A stretch of 41,561 bases of DNA from Octopus bimaculoides (GCF_001194135.2 NC_068984.1:5892774-5934334), one strand, 5' to 3'; shown: positions 23,561 through 36,026, counted from the stretch's first letter. Numbers and translations: made by a program. Notes: a model not told the origin generated them from the sequence alone.

Positions 23561-24941
23561 GATGGGGAGTGATTCCTTAAAAGTTCCGCCGAAATTTGTC
23601 CTCTCTGATTTAGAGCATTCATATATTTTCTAAGAATTTTCTCTTTAAAACCCTGTGTACTCTTTTCATGTTCTCAACAGATGTTTGTGAAGCAGTGTAC
23701 TACACAGACATGAACATCCTCACTCTTTATATAATAGTGCATTTGTTGTATGCATTCCAACTCCGTGTTGTTTCCATTTACGAGAGCAAAGCTGGCGAGG
23801 CGTGTGTGTGTGTGGGGGGGTCTGTGTCTATCAGTGTTTCCGATCTTCTAATACTTATTATTTTTGTTGTATGTGTGGACATTTATATTGTTTTCGTGCG
23901 TGGTGTGCTTCGAGATTTCGCTGTTGCTGTGGTGATCATGTTGGTAGTGGTGGGGCGGGTGTGTTGAGGTTGACAGACCCTCCATCTATCCCTTGAAACA
24001 TTCGGCTTTTAATTTGGATGATTCTTTTTCCCCCGCTATTTTGTTTTTCTGTTCACTTCAAAGATTTCTTGCAACGAAGATTTATAGTTGTCTTCGACGT
24101 ACGAAGGGGTTTTGAAATTGGAGATATGTGAAGCAGAGAATGGTGGAAATGTAAGTTCCACCCGTATACGCATTTGTGTCTTTTTTACTGTGAGAGAGCA
24201 GGTAGGAAGGACTACCGAAAAGCTTCATCAGTTGTGATGGTTGGGTCTGCTGTCGTTTTGGAATTTTCGCATGTTTTTGTTCTTGTTAACAAAGTTGCTG
24301 TTAGCAGCAGAATAAATCTCTTATTTGGCTGTTGGTACCACAAACAAAGTATCTAGGCCTTCCCTCTTCTACCACGTAAATAAGCAGGTTACTGCTTTCA
24401 CTTCTCTATCATATTGGTTGGTAGTACCGCATATATAGTGTTTGGTTTCATCCCTCTTCAGCCACCCAATTAACTTGGGTGTTAGTCTACATCACGATTA
24501 TTTCAAGAATGCTTTCAAGCATTCCTTGATACGTTTTATCAATAAATGGATCCCCATTCTCTACCAGTCTTCTTGGCGTAACTTACGAACTTACAACATA
24601 TCTTCTTTCTTGCTCTAACTATCTTTCACCAGCTACCAGGTGCTTGTTTCAGGAGGATTATCAACCACAATCCTGTTCCCAAATACTCAATCCACTAATA
24701 AAGAATTGAGAATCACCACTTGGCTTTTAATTGGGATGGATCAGTTGAAGAATCCAAATTTTACCAGCCAATATCCCATATTATTTGACGGAAGTAACCG
24801 ACGGTTTTGCTCCTATAATTCTTTCAGACACTTTTCTACTTGCAAATACTTTACTCATTCCACGGGCAAACTTTTAAAGAGATGTTGACAGGCAACCACA
24901 TCGAACCAGGAAGCGAGAGCCGTTGGCATAACATCAACACT

Positions 24942-25155
24942 GGTTTCAAATTTTGGCACAAAGCTAACAAGTTCGGAGGAAGAGGGGCAAGCCGACTACA
25001 TCGATCCCAAGTGTTCAACTGACATACATTCTATCGATTCCCAAAATAATGAAAGGTGAAGTGGACCTGGGCGGAATTTGAACTTAAACCGAAAAGAAAG
25101 ACGAAATGCAGTTACGCATTTTGCCCGATGTCCTAAGGATTCTGTCGATGGCCTT
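24942..25155 (-). mobile_element. Meta-domain-like SINE, degraded
   Basis: Reverse complement of the family in 13519-13721 and 41248-41455. Confidence 0.78.
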
Positions 25156-25171
25156 ATTATTAGTAATAAGA

Positions 25172-25370
25172 AGGCGGTGGGTTGACAGAATCGTTAGCAC
25201 ACCGGGCGAAATGCTTAGCGGTATTTCGTCTGTCCTTACGTTCTGAGTTCAAATTCCGCCGAGGTTGACTTTGCTTTTCATCCTTTCGGGGTCGATAAAT
25301 TAAGTACTTGTACTTAATCTTTTCAGGCCTTGTGCCTTTAGTAGAAAGGCTTATTAATAATATTCTTTTC
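25172..25370 (+). mobile_element. Meta-domain-like SINE
   Basis: GGCGGTGGGTTGACAGAATCGTTAGC..GTTCTGAGTTCAAATTCC..GTTGACTTTGCTTTTCATCCTTTCGGGGTCGATAAATTAAGTAC. Confidence 0.88.
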
Positions 25371-25384
25371 CACAATAGGCATAA

Positions 25385-25548
25385 ATCTTGAAATTGGGGG
25401 TGGAGGATAGTCGATTACATCGATCCCAGTATTCGACTAGTACTGGGGTGAAAGGCAAAGTCGACCTCAGCGCACTTGAACTCAGAACGTAAGGACGGAG
25501 AAAATGTCACTTAACATTTTGCCCGGCGTGCTAACGATCCTGGCATTT
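25385..25548 (-). mobile_element. Meta-domain-like SINE, internally deleted
   Basis: GAAAGGCAAAGTCGACCTC..TTGAACTCAGAACGTAA..TTTTGCCCGGCGTGCTAACGA. Confidence 0.8.
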
Positions 25549-25714
25549 GCGAGTAAAACCTGGTAGCGTATACTATGATCTTGCAAATTGTTTTAAGTAT
25601 CTAAACAGACGCGAGTAGACAAACACTCTATCAGACTTGCTACACTTCATCCATCACAATATCGAGGATAGAACAGCTGTGCGTGAGGAGAGAGGACCAC
25701 ACTAGCACTAGGCT

Positions 25715-25800
25715 CATTATCAGCTAAGTAAACTGGAGCAACGTGAAATGATGTGCCTTGTTCAAGGACAACAGGCCGCCTGGTCCAAGGATCGAAACTG
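25715..25800 (-). mobile_element. CORE-SINE (second family) fragment
   Basis: CAGCTAAGTAAACTGGAGCAACGTGAAATGATGTGCCTTGTTCAAGGAC, homologous to 16085-16135. Confidence 0.72.
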
Positions 25801-25856
25801 GCCCGAACAGCCCAACAACAGGCATCAATTTTGTTAATATTGATAAAATATCATTA

Positions 25857-26030
25857 AGGCGGCGAGCTGTCAGAGTCATTAGCACACAGGTAGAAGGCTT
25901 AGCGGCATTTCGCCCGTCTTTATGTCCTGAGGTCAGATTTGGGATTCGATATGAGCACTGCAGTCAATGTAATCGACTAGCTCCTCCCCCAAAATTGCTG
26001 GCCTTGTGTCAAAGTTGGAAACCAATATTG
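25857..26030 (+). mobile_element. Meta-domain-like SINE, degraded
   Basis: AGGCGGCGAGCTGTCAGAGTCATTAGC...AATCGACTAGCTCCTCCCCCAAAATTGCTGGCCTTGTG. Confidence 0.78.
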
Positions 26031-27299
26031 ATAAAATGGCTGTCTTTGAAATGAAGAAATAAAAATATCACAATGGGATGAACCAGTAACTCATTTAACA
26101 AACCAGAATATTTGAAATCCATTTCTACATCAAATTCTCGATAATAGAAATCAGTGGAGAACTTATAGCTTTGTGTGAGTGTGTGTACCTATATGTGTTA
26201 ATGTATGTGTGTTAGTGTGTACGTGTGTGTGTGTTAATGTGTGTCCATTTCAATCTAATGGTTCTTGTTTTAATGATTCTATCACATATTATAAAAGTCA
26301 TTTGTTTTTCTTTTCTTTTACATTTTATTTTCCAAGAATTTCCTTCATGATCTGTTTTATGTGTCTCCAACGGCGAACTATTCACCGTTTTTCTCTTCTT
26401 TCTCACCGAATGTGTGAGAAACTTTTTCCTTTCTTTTCGCCAATAACGTCAAAACGTTACCAACAGTTTTATGAGTAGCAATCAGTCTTTTAGCTTTCTC
26501 TATACAATATTACTAGGTTTTCCTTGAAAGATAATTCGCATTGCTGCCCTAGAGAACGCTCAGATAGTTTTCTATTTGAATTCTAGTGCCATGATTTATC
26601 GTTTCATTATAAATTCTTTGTTTGCAATTCTCAGTGCTTCTTCTTCTTCTGCCTAAAATAGAATCTGATATTTTTCTTTTTTTCAAATGCTACAATTTGT
26701 TTCAAAGATTAATAGCAGAAATATCTATCGTTAGATAGAATAAAACTTTGATTCAAAAACCTGCCCAGTTATAGGTTGCTCAAGTTTAAATCTATTGCCA
26801 TCCATCGCTGGAAAGAATCTAAAATACAGAGGGTAAGATCTGGATTTCTTTGAATGTGGGGATAGTCTGTGTTGTCTGTAGGCGGGGTTTGTTAAGTTCA
26901 ATTATCGTTGGAGGTGGATAGGCTAATAGTTCAAACTGAGTCTTGCTCAAGAAAACAGTATGCCTACCAGTGGTGGAATCTCGGCTCACGAGCTTACGAT
27001 CGTGAGTGCAACATCCGAATTGTTAGGCCAATTAAAATTAGGATTAGAAATGACTTTAATATCTACGCTTCATTTTTATTAAATTATATGTTTATTGGGA
27101 GTTTGATAAAAAATCTGTTTGCGATTTCATTTACATCGGAATCTACTAAATCTTTCTTATTATATAAACTGATATATGATATAATCCTGTCACGGTGTGT
27201 GTGAGTGTCCTTACTGTAGTAGTAGCCCTGACTCAGGAACAAGTATCAATGTAACGCTGTACACCATCGAAACGCTCTGTAACATTTACTGTAATCTAA

Positions 27300-27480
27300 G
27301 CCGGCAAAATGCTTAGCACAACTTCGTCCATTTTTACGTTCTGAGTTCAAATTCTGCTGAGGTTGACTTTGCCTTGCATCCTTCCGGGGTCGATAAAATA
27401 AGTACCAGATGAACACTGGGGTTGATATAATCGACTTAACTCATTTCCTAAAATCGCTGGCCTTGGGTCAAAATCTGAGA
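27300..27480 (+). mobile_element. Meta-domain-like SINE, 5'-truncated
   Basis: GTTCTGAGTTCAAATTCTGCTGAGGTTGACTTTGCCTTGCATCCTTCCGGGGTCGATAAAATAAGTACCAG. Confidence 0.88.
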
Positions 27481-28301
27481 TTGATATTTACAGTACTATC
27501 ATCCACTCCTAAAAGCCTTGGGATGGCAGAAAAGTCACTGGCGACACACATGAAGTTATTCAAATATTCTTTATTTATATAAATAGAATGGTTTTTCTTA
27601 CAAATTTGATGTACATAATTTGCATTGTATTTTGAAGGAGATATTTAAAACGAATAAAAAGTTCGGAAGATTTTGGATAATTTTGATTCTGGAGTGAATT
27701 GGAAAGAAAATATTGAATTTAACTTTTAATTGGTAATTTACGATATGAATTTGGCTGTCGTCTCTCTCTCTCTGAAGTCATTAATGCATTTACCAGTAAT
27801 ATACAACAGAAGTGGATTCACTTTATCTAAGTTTCAGTCATTGGAGAAAGCAGCATCATTAATCCTTTACGTGGTCTCCAAGATTGTTGCGTGGGAAGAA
27901 GGATCTATCTTTAAACCAGAAACCTGACTGGAATGTATGCAACAAAGTCGACTCTACAAAAGGTAATCAAAGTGGCAGGTGAAGGTGTTCACCCGGGTGA
28001 CGGATTAAGTCTACCACAGAGGTAAGCCAAGGTGGTATTTGAACTCACAACGCAAAGGGCCAGAACAAACACAAGACATTCCATCCGACGTCTTAATATG
28101 TCAACTAATCCACCGCTCATGATTAGACCATTTTTTAACGAACTCGAAAAGATAAACGACAAAATTCACTTCGGTATGATTTAAACTTAAAGCGGTCCCA
28201 GGATAAATCTGACGCCCAGGCGACTCGACCGATTTCCCAACTTTTTCAAACATTTTATGTGGCTGGCTTTAACAAATCCCCACCCAGAAGGGATTCTTTA
28301 C

Positions 28302-28410
28302 CTTTGTAGTATTTCTTAGATCGGCTCTTTTCTCGCCATTTCCACGTAGTACTGCGGTAAGTATTAGTGAGGCTGCGAGGGATAACTTCTTTCTTGGCCA
28401 CAAATCGATT
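28302..28410 (-). other. Candidate 109-nt spliced exon (unassigned)
   Basis: Acceptor TTTCTCTCAG, donor AAG|GTAAAG, two open frames (NRFVAKKEVIPRSLTNTYRSTTWKWREKSRSKKYYK or IDLWPRKKLSLAASLILTAVLRG...). No recognised homology. Confidence 0.25.
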
Positions 28411-29546
28411 CTGAGAGAAACTGATCGTATACTTAAGGGGTGGAGGTCAAATTTGGTGTCGCAAGTTGTTGAACTCAAATTGTCGGAATACATATTGCAA
28501 AGCATTCTGTTCTACCCGACCCTCTAATGACTTTGCTAATTCGTCATCTTAAGCCAAATGCACGAAAGCAATAAGGAGCTGTTAAGTTGATAACTGGAAC
28601 AATGCAGTATTGGTCGTGTGATACGAACTACTGACTCGATGTACAGTCAACCGGCAGCCTAACTCCTAGTTAGCTGAGACTCTCTATCGATCGCAGGGTT
28701 TAAATTTAGACAAACTTCAAAGAAATTTTGCGAATAAAAATTACTGGACATTTCCTAAAGATTTCCAAACAAAAAATACAGATTCCCGCTATCCTGGTCT
28801 AAGATCACGTTTTTTTTTTTTGTTTTTTTTTATGAAGGCAGTAACATCGACATTTTGGTTATATTTATAAAATCACGTTTTTCTGCTTTGACATAAGCTC
28901 TGCTCTGTCGAAAGAATTTCAGACACTTCATGTAGAGAGTATTAAAAGAACAATTAAACTACAACTGATTATATCCAAGTACTTTAATATTGCAGAAGAA
29001 TGAAAAGGAATTGTGGGTAAAGTCTATAAGCAGCTTTCTTATGCGAGTGATATATAGCTGCAGTCTTATTATAAAGGGAGATATTTCAGGAACAAACACT
29101 GGAATTACCAATATTCCGATATCGATTTATTCTTTAATGTTCGCAACAGTTCTTACTTGACCGATGTTAAATCGAACTACACTTCAACGTCAGTAGAGTA
29201 GACAATACCTGCTGTATAACCTAATTCTAAACATAGAATCCAGTACATACACAAACACACACACACACACAGACATCATACAGGTATGTACCAAATCATA
29301 GATACACACATGAACATACTCTAATGTGGAATGAAATATGTATGTATACATTTCTGCCGATCCAGAAAAAAAAACAGAAAACGATTGTGCTTGAAGCAGA
29401 ATATATGTATGCACGAATATATATATATATATATATATACAAATATACATATTTATGTATGCATGTCTATTATGCAAATGCACTTACATCTAAACACACA
29501 TATATGTGCGTGTATATATGTACATGTGTGTATCCATGCATGTGTG

Positions 29547-29595
<49 letters not shown>

Positions 29596-29754
29596 GTGTG
29601 AATGTATGTACATGTGTATGTATGTGTAATGTATGTACACCCTACTACACACACACACAAACATCTTTCATGTGTATATTTGTTACGTAGTCTGAGTCGG
29701 CACACTCAAATACATGTCTGTGTATGTAAGGGGTGCGTGTGTGCATTTTTCACT

Positions 29755-30350
29755 TGTCGAATGTGGAGGCAGAGGCAGAGCCCATGACACTTGCGCCCGT
29801 TCGGGAACTAGGGAGACTGATGACGTCTATGTTCTATTTAAACAGTTGGAGATCAAAACCTGCGGGAAAGAGATTCCAGATGGCCAATGTTCTATGGAAA
29901 ATAGCCTGGAGACAAAGGTTAGCCTGAGGCCAGTTTGGGGCTGGATTCACTAAGAGAGATGAGGGGTCGAGAGACAAGTGGGTCAGGGGCGCCTGAGTGG
30001 TGGAAGTATGAGGTCAGCCAGCACCGAAGAACAGAGGGCATTACAGTGATCCGAAATAACAGAGACGAGACAGAATGCCTGTGGGCTGAAAAAGGTGAGA
30101 GGTGGTGATGGTGGTGGTGTCTGTTACAGATAGAATGCCATTTAGACCCAGAAAGCCAGTATGAATAGCAGAAGCACAGTCTCAGATCTAGGGCCAGTAT
30201 TCCATCGTGACATTATTTGAGCTTTGTCGAATGTTAGCAGTTGTTAGGAGCAAATATAACCTCTGACTCTAAAAAGGAAGGCTAATGTTGGGAAAATGAC
30301 TCTAGCCATGTAAGGGATGTGTTTTCGCCAGAAGAGATCCTTGATAATAC
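29755..30350 (-). mobile_element. CR1/Jockey-group LINE ORF2 C-terminal relic
   Basis: KHI...LAFLFRVRGY...QLLTFDKAQ; AHRHSVSSLLF; FFHRTLAIWNLFP.GFDLQLFK*NI. These resemble the RT C-terminal LLTLYKAQ and FF.RT..LWNSLP...LQ.FK motifs. Confidence 0.8.
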
Positions 30351-31247
30351 AAAGTCATCTTATTTGGAACGACTGAAGATTTTAGGAGAGTGCCACTCAC
30401 AATTACGGGTAGTGTGATATGGCACTGTTTTCTTGATATAAGTAGCGATGCAAGTGTTTACAGCTAAAACGTATTTAGCATAAAAAACATAGAATGCATA
30501 TAGAGTCGGAGTATATGTAAAATTTAAGCCCTTCGCTTTTATCTTAAATATGTAGCTCGTAAAGATCAATTTAAGCAATTATATATAGTTACATGCAAGC
30601 CGGTCCCACTTAAGTTTGCTGTTAAGTAATAACGTGTTGGAGTTTAACGATATCTTACTAATTGACCGCTTAATGATTGTCAATATATTTTTTTATGTTT
30701 AAAACATGAATAATCTGCGTGGATACATACATATTTGTGTGTGTGTGTGTCTACGTGTATGTATATACTTTTGTGTATGATATATATACATATACATGCG
30801 CGCGATTACTCACGCAGATTTGTATGAAGAACTGTGTATGAATTACAAATAGCAGAGAAAGTCTGCGACACCCATTAATTCTTCATCCTTTCCCAGCCCA
30901 GTAGTGACTCTGTTGAATGACCAATCTATCCATATAATCTTATATTTTTCTCTACTATTCTCTGTGGCTTCCTTATTTTCTAATTCTATGATTGCTTTTC
31001 TCTCTCTTTCTTTTTCTTCACAATATCTGATTTATTCCCTCGCAATGACTTATATAAGTAATTTCATACTTTTTGTGTTTTGTGTTGTAAGCAGTACTAT
31101 GGATACACGCCATTTGCGAGACTTGAACGAGATTTTTTACTGGGCAATGCAAGAAAGGCTTCCGACCGTTGCTTTGTTGCCAAACAACAGGACATCGTTT
31201 ACTCGTCATCATCATCCACTTCTGGACATTACTGTCTTGAGTCCTTG

Positions 31248-31475
31248 AATTCATTGACCGGTCATCCGGTTTCTATGGTGTATAAAGAACTGAGATCCCA
31301 CCAACCCCTGTACGTGACGCCAGTCCCTCGCAGCGTTACTCATTTACGGCTGAGTGAACTGGAGCAACGTAAAATCAAGTGCTTTGATCTAGAACACAAC
31401 GCACTGACCGGTCTAAAAATCGAAACCACGATCTTGCTTGCGATTGTGGGAATAACATCCTAACCATTAGACCAT
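31248..31475 (-). mobile_element. tRNA-derived CORE-like SINE, degraded
   Basis: GCTGAGTGAACTGGAGCAACGTAAAATCAAGTGCTTTGATCTAGAACACAACGC...ATCGAAACCACGATCTT...CCTAACCATTAGACCA. Confidence 0.72.
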
Positions 31476-31514
31476 CCGTTTTTACTTTTACCTGTTGCCG
31501 AATTCTAATTATGG

Positions 31515-31730
31515 TAATCAAATGTTAGCACAAAGCTAGCAATTTCGGCGAAGAGAAAAATCCGATTACATCGACCCCAGTGCTCAACTGGTCCTTATTT
31601 TATCGACCCGAAAGGATAAAAAAGAACAAAGTCTAGAGCAGCGGAATTTGAACTCAGAACGTAAAGCCAGAAGAAATGCCGCTAAGCATTTTTTCCAGCG
31701 TGCAACAGATTCTGGCGGCTCGCTGCCTTA
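31515..31730 (-). mobile_element. Meta-domain-like SINE
   Basis: CGATTACATCGACCCCAGTGCTCAACTGGTCCTTATTTTATCGACCC..GAATTTGAACTCAGAACG..GGCTCGCTGCCTTA. Confidence 0.88.
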
Positions 31731-32559
31731 TTCGAATTATAAAAGCATGCAACGTAAATGATTCGTAGTATTGTATAATGTGTATTAATTAATTAATCCG
31801 TTCTAAATTGATTTCAGCGTGAAGTTGATAACTTGTTTTATAATTGTTATGGACCAACTAATTTTCTTGATGCTTCTGGAAATGTTTTAAAAGAGGATTC
31901 CTGTGATGTGGTGAATATCACTAAAATTGTTAAACCTCTTGACGAAGTTATGTTTATGGTAACACGTCTGAAGTTGAACTGACTGACTTCAATATAACAT
32001 AAAATACAAAAATGAACCAAAAACACAAAAATAGATCAGCAAACAACTTTGTAGCGTTCTATCTTTAAAAGCGCAAACATTTCAAAACCATATTAGATCA
32101 ACAGATTCTGTGAAGTGATTTCAAATTGTTCACTGAAATTAAAAAAAAAAAAACGCCAATTCTCGCACTAAACTGCAAGAAGTAAAATAGTTTAAATTTG
32201 CGAAACAGCTTCATAGGAAAATATATGAGGGATGAGGTGGGAGAAAATGGAAAGACAATACGATAAAGCGGGGGAAGTGCCATTTTATTTTGATGAAAGA
32301 TTTAGAAGCCAAAGCAGTTGACAGAAACCAAAATATTAATTAGAATTATCTTAGAAGCGTCTAAGTGATTTAAAGCGAAATTGCACTGGGACTATTTTCT
32401 AAAGAACGTGAAAACTTTGGTGCTGATAATTGTTTTGCTTGTTTCAACAATATGAATAACCTTAACTTGCTAGAAAACAAAATCTTTCTCAAAGAATTTT
32501 CATTGAAGACACATTTACGGAAGCCTTAAGAGATTAAGTTATCAAGCTTCACAGCTCAG

Positions 32560-32680
32560 CGAGTAATTTCTCGCGGAAGTTCCAACATGAATGGTTCTCG
32601 CCATCTTTATTCGGTTATTGCTTTTGGTGTTTTTTTTTAAAGTTTTTTTTTTGTTTGTTTTTCGTTGTTCCTTCCGAGAG
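32560..32680. promoter_or_regulatory. Candidate housekeeping-type promoter motif cluster (ETS, YY1, TCTCGCG)
   Basis: TCTCGCGGAAGT (TCTCGCG plus the ETS core CGGAAGT) at about 32569-32580, CGCCATCTT (YY1) at about 32599-32607, and a second CGGAAG on the minus strand at about 32670-32675. The DNA is unique and not TE-like. Confidence 0.4.
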
Positions 32681-33051
32681 ACACCATGATGTGAAAATAG
32701 TAATAATTCCACTATAAAACACTCCCCATCGTTGTTGCTTTTACTCTGAAGTTTATACAGCACTTGATACAACGTATCAACGTATTGTAATTAATAACAT
32801 ATTTCAAATACTGGTTACTAGTTTTATTAGTTAGTTTTTAATATACATTCATTTTATCTATGACAAACTTATGCACAACGAAGAGTGTCTCACCAGTATG
32901 TAACAAACGAAAGGGCTGTCGCATCTTTATAACACGAAACATATTCAGCAATGAAATACCGTTAGAAAGACTATGTTTAAGCTACAATTTAAGAGAGTTT
33001 AATTCTACTCACAATCAGGTTATTTGCCAATTGATTGTATAAAAGGACTGC

Positions 33052-33175
33052 TTCCATATGGTTGTGATGCATGTGCATCATGTACCCTTATCGGACGGGT
33101 AGTAATGTGGGTATATTGCACTTCATATATTTGTACCCTAGTATCACTTTGATGATATGCGCTGCTATCTTACTC
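33052..33175 (+). mobile_element. Fragment of the same 3'-UTR repeat as 33860-34852
   Basis: TATGGTTGTGATGCATGTGC...GACGGGTAGTAATG...TCACTTTGATG, homologous to 34420-34505 and 34740-34835. Confidence 0.78.
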
Positions 33176-33713
33176 TTTACTCTTTTACTTGTTTCAGTCA
33201 TTTGACTGTGGCCATGCTGGAGCACCGCCATTACTCGAGCAAATCGACTAGTACTTATTCTATCGGTCTCTTTGGCCGAACCGCTAAGTTACGTTGATGT
33301 AAACACATCAGCATCGGTTATCAAGCGATGTTGGGGGGACAAACACAGACACACACACACANNNNNNNNNNNNNNNNNNNNNNNNNNNNNNNNNNNNNNN
33401 NNNNNNNNNNNNNNNNNNNNNNNNNNNNNNNNNNNNNNNNNNNNNNNNNNNNNNNNNNNNNNNNNNNNNNNNNNNNNNNNNNNNNNNNNNNNNNNNNNNN
33501 NNNNNNNNNNNNNNNNNNNNNNNNNNNNATATATATATATATATATATATATATATACGACGTGCTTCTTTCAGTTTCCGTCTACCAAATCCACTCACAA
33601 GGCTTTGGTCGACCCGAGGCTATAATAGAAGACACTTTCCCAAGGTGCCACGCGGTGGGACTGAACCCGAAACTATGTGGTTCGTAAGCAAGCTCCTTAC
33701 CACACAACCACTC

Positions 33714-33716
<3 letters not shown>
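33176..33716 (-). mobile_element. Full-length CORE-type SINE (OR2-like) with central microsatellite/N-gap
   Basis: Tail at 33176-33360, head ending ...CTTACCACACAACCACTCCTAC at 33716, abutting (CTA)n. Confidence 0.92.

Positions 33717-33806
<90 letters not shown>
33714..33806. repeat. Compound (CTA)n-(TAA)n microsatellite
   Basis: Directly visible. Confidence 0.97.
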
Positions 33807-33810
<4 letters not shown>

Positions 33811-33859
33811 TATATATATAAATAAATAAATAAATAAATAATGACAATATTAATAATCA

Positions 33860-34852
33860 GAAGGGTTTTAAGCACTTTGAAAAACTACCGAAAGCGTGTG
33901 GATACCTCAGGTTACAGGGAGTAACCCGCAACCCCATAAATCCTACCAGGAATAAAACCAAACCTGAAATTTGATCCTATAATAAATGTATTGTTGCAGT
34001 CCCAGGCAGTGGTTCTCATGGTTTCTGATCTTAACTGATTGGAAGGTTATCATGTACATATTTTGCCTTCTTGTAAAACATGGGTTACAGCAAATATTCT
34101 GTTCTATACCACAGAATTGCTTGACAGTTGTTTGACCTTAACTAGTTATGCGTGTCCCTTGGTGGCTGACGATATATGCATCTCCGATCACGAGCAGGAA
34201 TACTGTGGGAGCATCATAACCAAGTGCCGAAATGGATTTTGTGGGGTTTGAAAAATTCCCTTGAAAACATGGGTGTTTTGATCGTCATCTTTAGAAACCC
34301 TTATTCATGGACCTTTTGAGCGAAATGGGCTACTTGGCCTGAAGCAAATTCTATCTGGACTCCACCTGCAAAGTCATGTACTGTTTATCTTGATATGAGA
34401 TCACTATGTCGCGCACGTGTGGTTGTGATGCATGTGCCTGGTAGACGGGTAGTCATGGTGGGTGCACTGGGCTTCACATATTTGTACCCATTGTCACTCT
34501 CATGGCATGTACTCAGGAGTGGTGGAGAATCATCATAGCCATGTGTTGATTGGAACTCTTTGGGATTTGAATAGTTCACCTATGGAAATATGGGTGTTTC
34601 GTTCAACATCCTTAAATAAACCTTATTCGGGGACCTTTTGATCGGAACGGGATACTCGACCTGAAGAAAATTCTAACTTCCCCCACCTGCGAGGTCACGT
34701 GCTGTTGATCTTGATATGAGATCACCATGTCACGCACATATTAGTTGTGATGTGTGTGCCTGGGTAGTCATGATGGGCATACTGGGCTTCGTATTATTGT
34801 ACCCCGGTGTCACTTTGATGGCATACATTGCTTTCTCACTCAATAATAATAA
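33860..34852 (+). mobile_element. Probable non-LTR retrotransposon 3' end/long 3' UTR with internal ~310-bp tandem duplication and (AAT)n tail
   Basis: Two diverged units (about 34207-34510 and 34523-34845) share GGGTGTTT..AACCCTTATTC..GGACCTTTTGA..CCACCTGC..TCTTGATATGAGATCAC. The element ends CTCACTCAATAATAATAA. Assignment to the RLE class is inferred. Confidence 0.6.
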
Positions 34853-35349
34853 CATGTATGTGCTATGTGGCGACGAAGTGAACTAAGCGATGGGGTCATT
34901 GCTTGTGTCTATCGCAAAATCCATATTACTGTATGTTTCACTTTTTGTTATGTTGTATTTTATGGAAGCCCCCGATACCTGAATAGCTTTGCATAATTTA
35001 ACCGATTTCTCATTTCGTTTCATGTGATATAAAATATCGAGACAACATTTGGAACTTTCCCACAAATGTTATTGCGAAAGTCATCATTATATCTTATCAA
35101 GATTATCTTCTCTGTGTTAATCTAGCTTTCATCCTGCAAAAGACAATATACGAGTGAATTGAAAGGCCATGACATTTGCATAATCAAGTTGACAGAGAAG
35201 AGTGTTGCAGTTGTATTATGAGGAACCTACATACATAACACTGTTACATCCAACTTATTAAAAAAAACGTGTGTCAAAGTAGAGAGAGAGTGAGAGAGAG
35301 AGAGTGAGAGAGTGAGAGAGTGAGAGAGAGAGTGAGTGAGAAAGTGAGA

Positions 35350-35555
35350 GAGACTATACTAGGAAATAACAACTAAATCTCCATCATATAACACACAACT
35401 ACCTTTATAAAGAGAGGAAAATCACATTGAATATGGTAGTCTTAGTTAGGCTATATTCGATAAAGATATAGTGTAGCCACGACTGGAACAGCTCTGATTA
35501 TAAGTTTGCTAATTCAGAGCTAACCTTATTCCACACAACAACAAAAACAACCAAT
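35350..35555 (+). mobile_element. Degraded SINE-like repeat 3' part ending in a (CAA)-rich tail
   Basis: CTAGGAAATAACAACTAAATCTCC...CACGACTGGAA...GAGCTAACC...CACAACAACAAAAACAAC. Confidence 0.5.
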
Positions 35556-35991
35556 TTAAGAACACAATTATAATATAAGCGAAATTGTCTCCTGCTGACA
35601 ATCTCCAGGTTAACGCTGCAGTATAAAAGAAAATATGTCTCATGTGATAATTACTAGTATTTCACTGCTGTTATAAAGTTAACATGCGATAATGTAGATA
35701 TTCACACATTCTACTTTGGTTTCCAGATGGTGACTGATGTTGTAGACCCAGCAGACTGATAATTCGAGACATTGAAGTCTGAACGATCTCGTCTTCTTGT
35801 CGAAAAGACTGCATTATACAATTATCCAAGAATGAAAAGGGGCAGTCATTTCTAACTGGTGACGCTACACGACATACCATCTTCCTCGCTAACTCGTTTG
35901 TTTCATATAATCGGTTTAATGTAAGTACTATAGGAATTATTTAACATATTCTTAAAAGTAAGACAGTAACATGCTTCCAACTTCAGAAGAG

Positions 35992-36026
<35 letters not shown>

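Noticed and set aside
30904-31248. Hydrophobic 114-aa ORF as a membrane protein
   Set aside because: Its composition comes from a T-rich low-complexity tract, it uses a non-ATG start, and it has no recognisable motif.
35525-35615. Minus-strand exon encoding a tail-anchor-like TM segment (FAYIIIVFLNWLFLLLCGI)
   Set aside because: The hydrophobic codons and the donor site largely derive from the (CAA)-rich tail of a SINE-like repeat.
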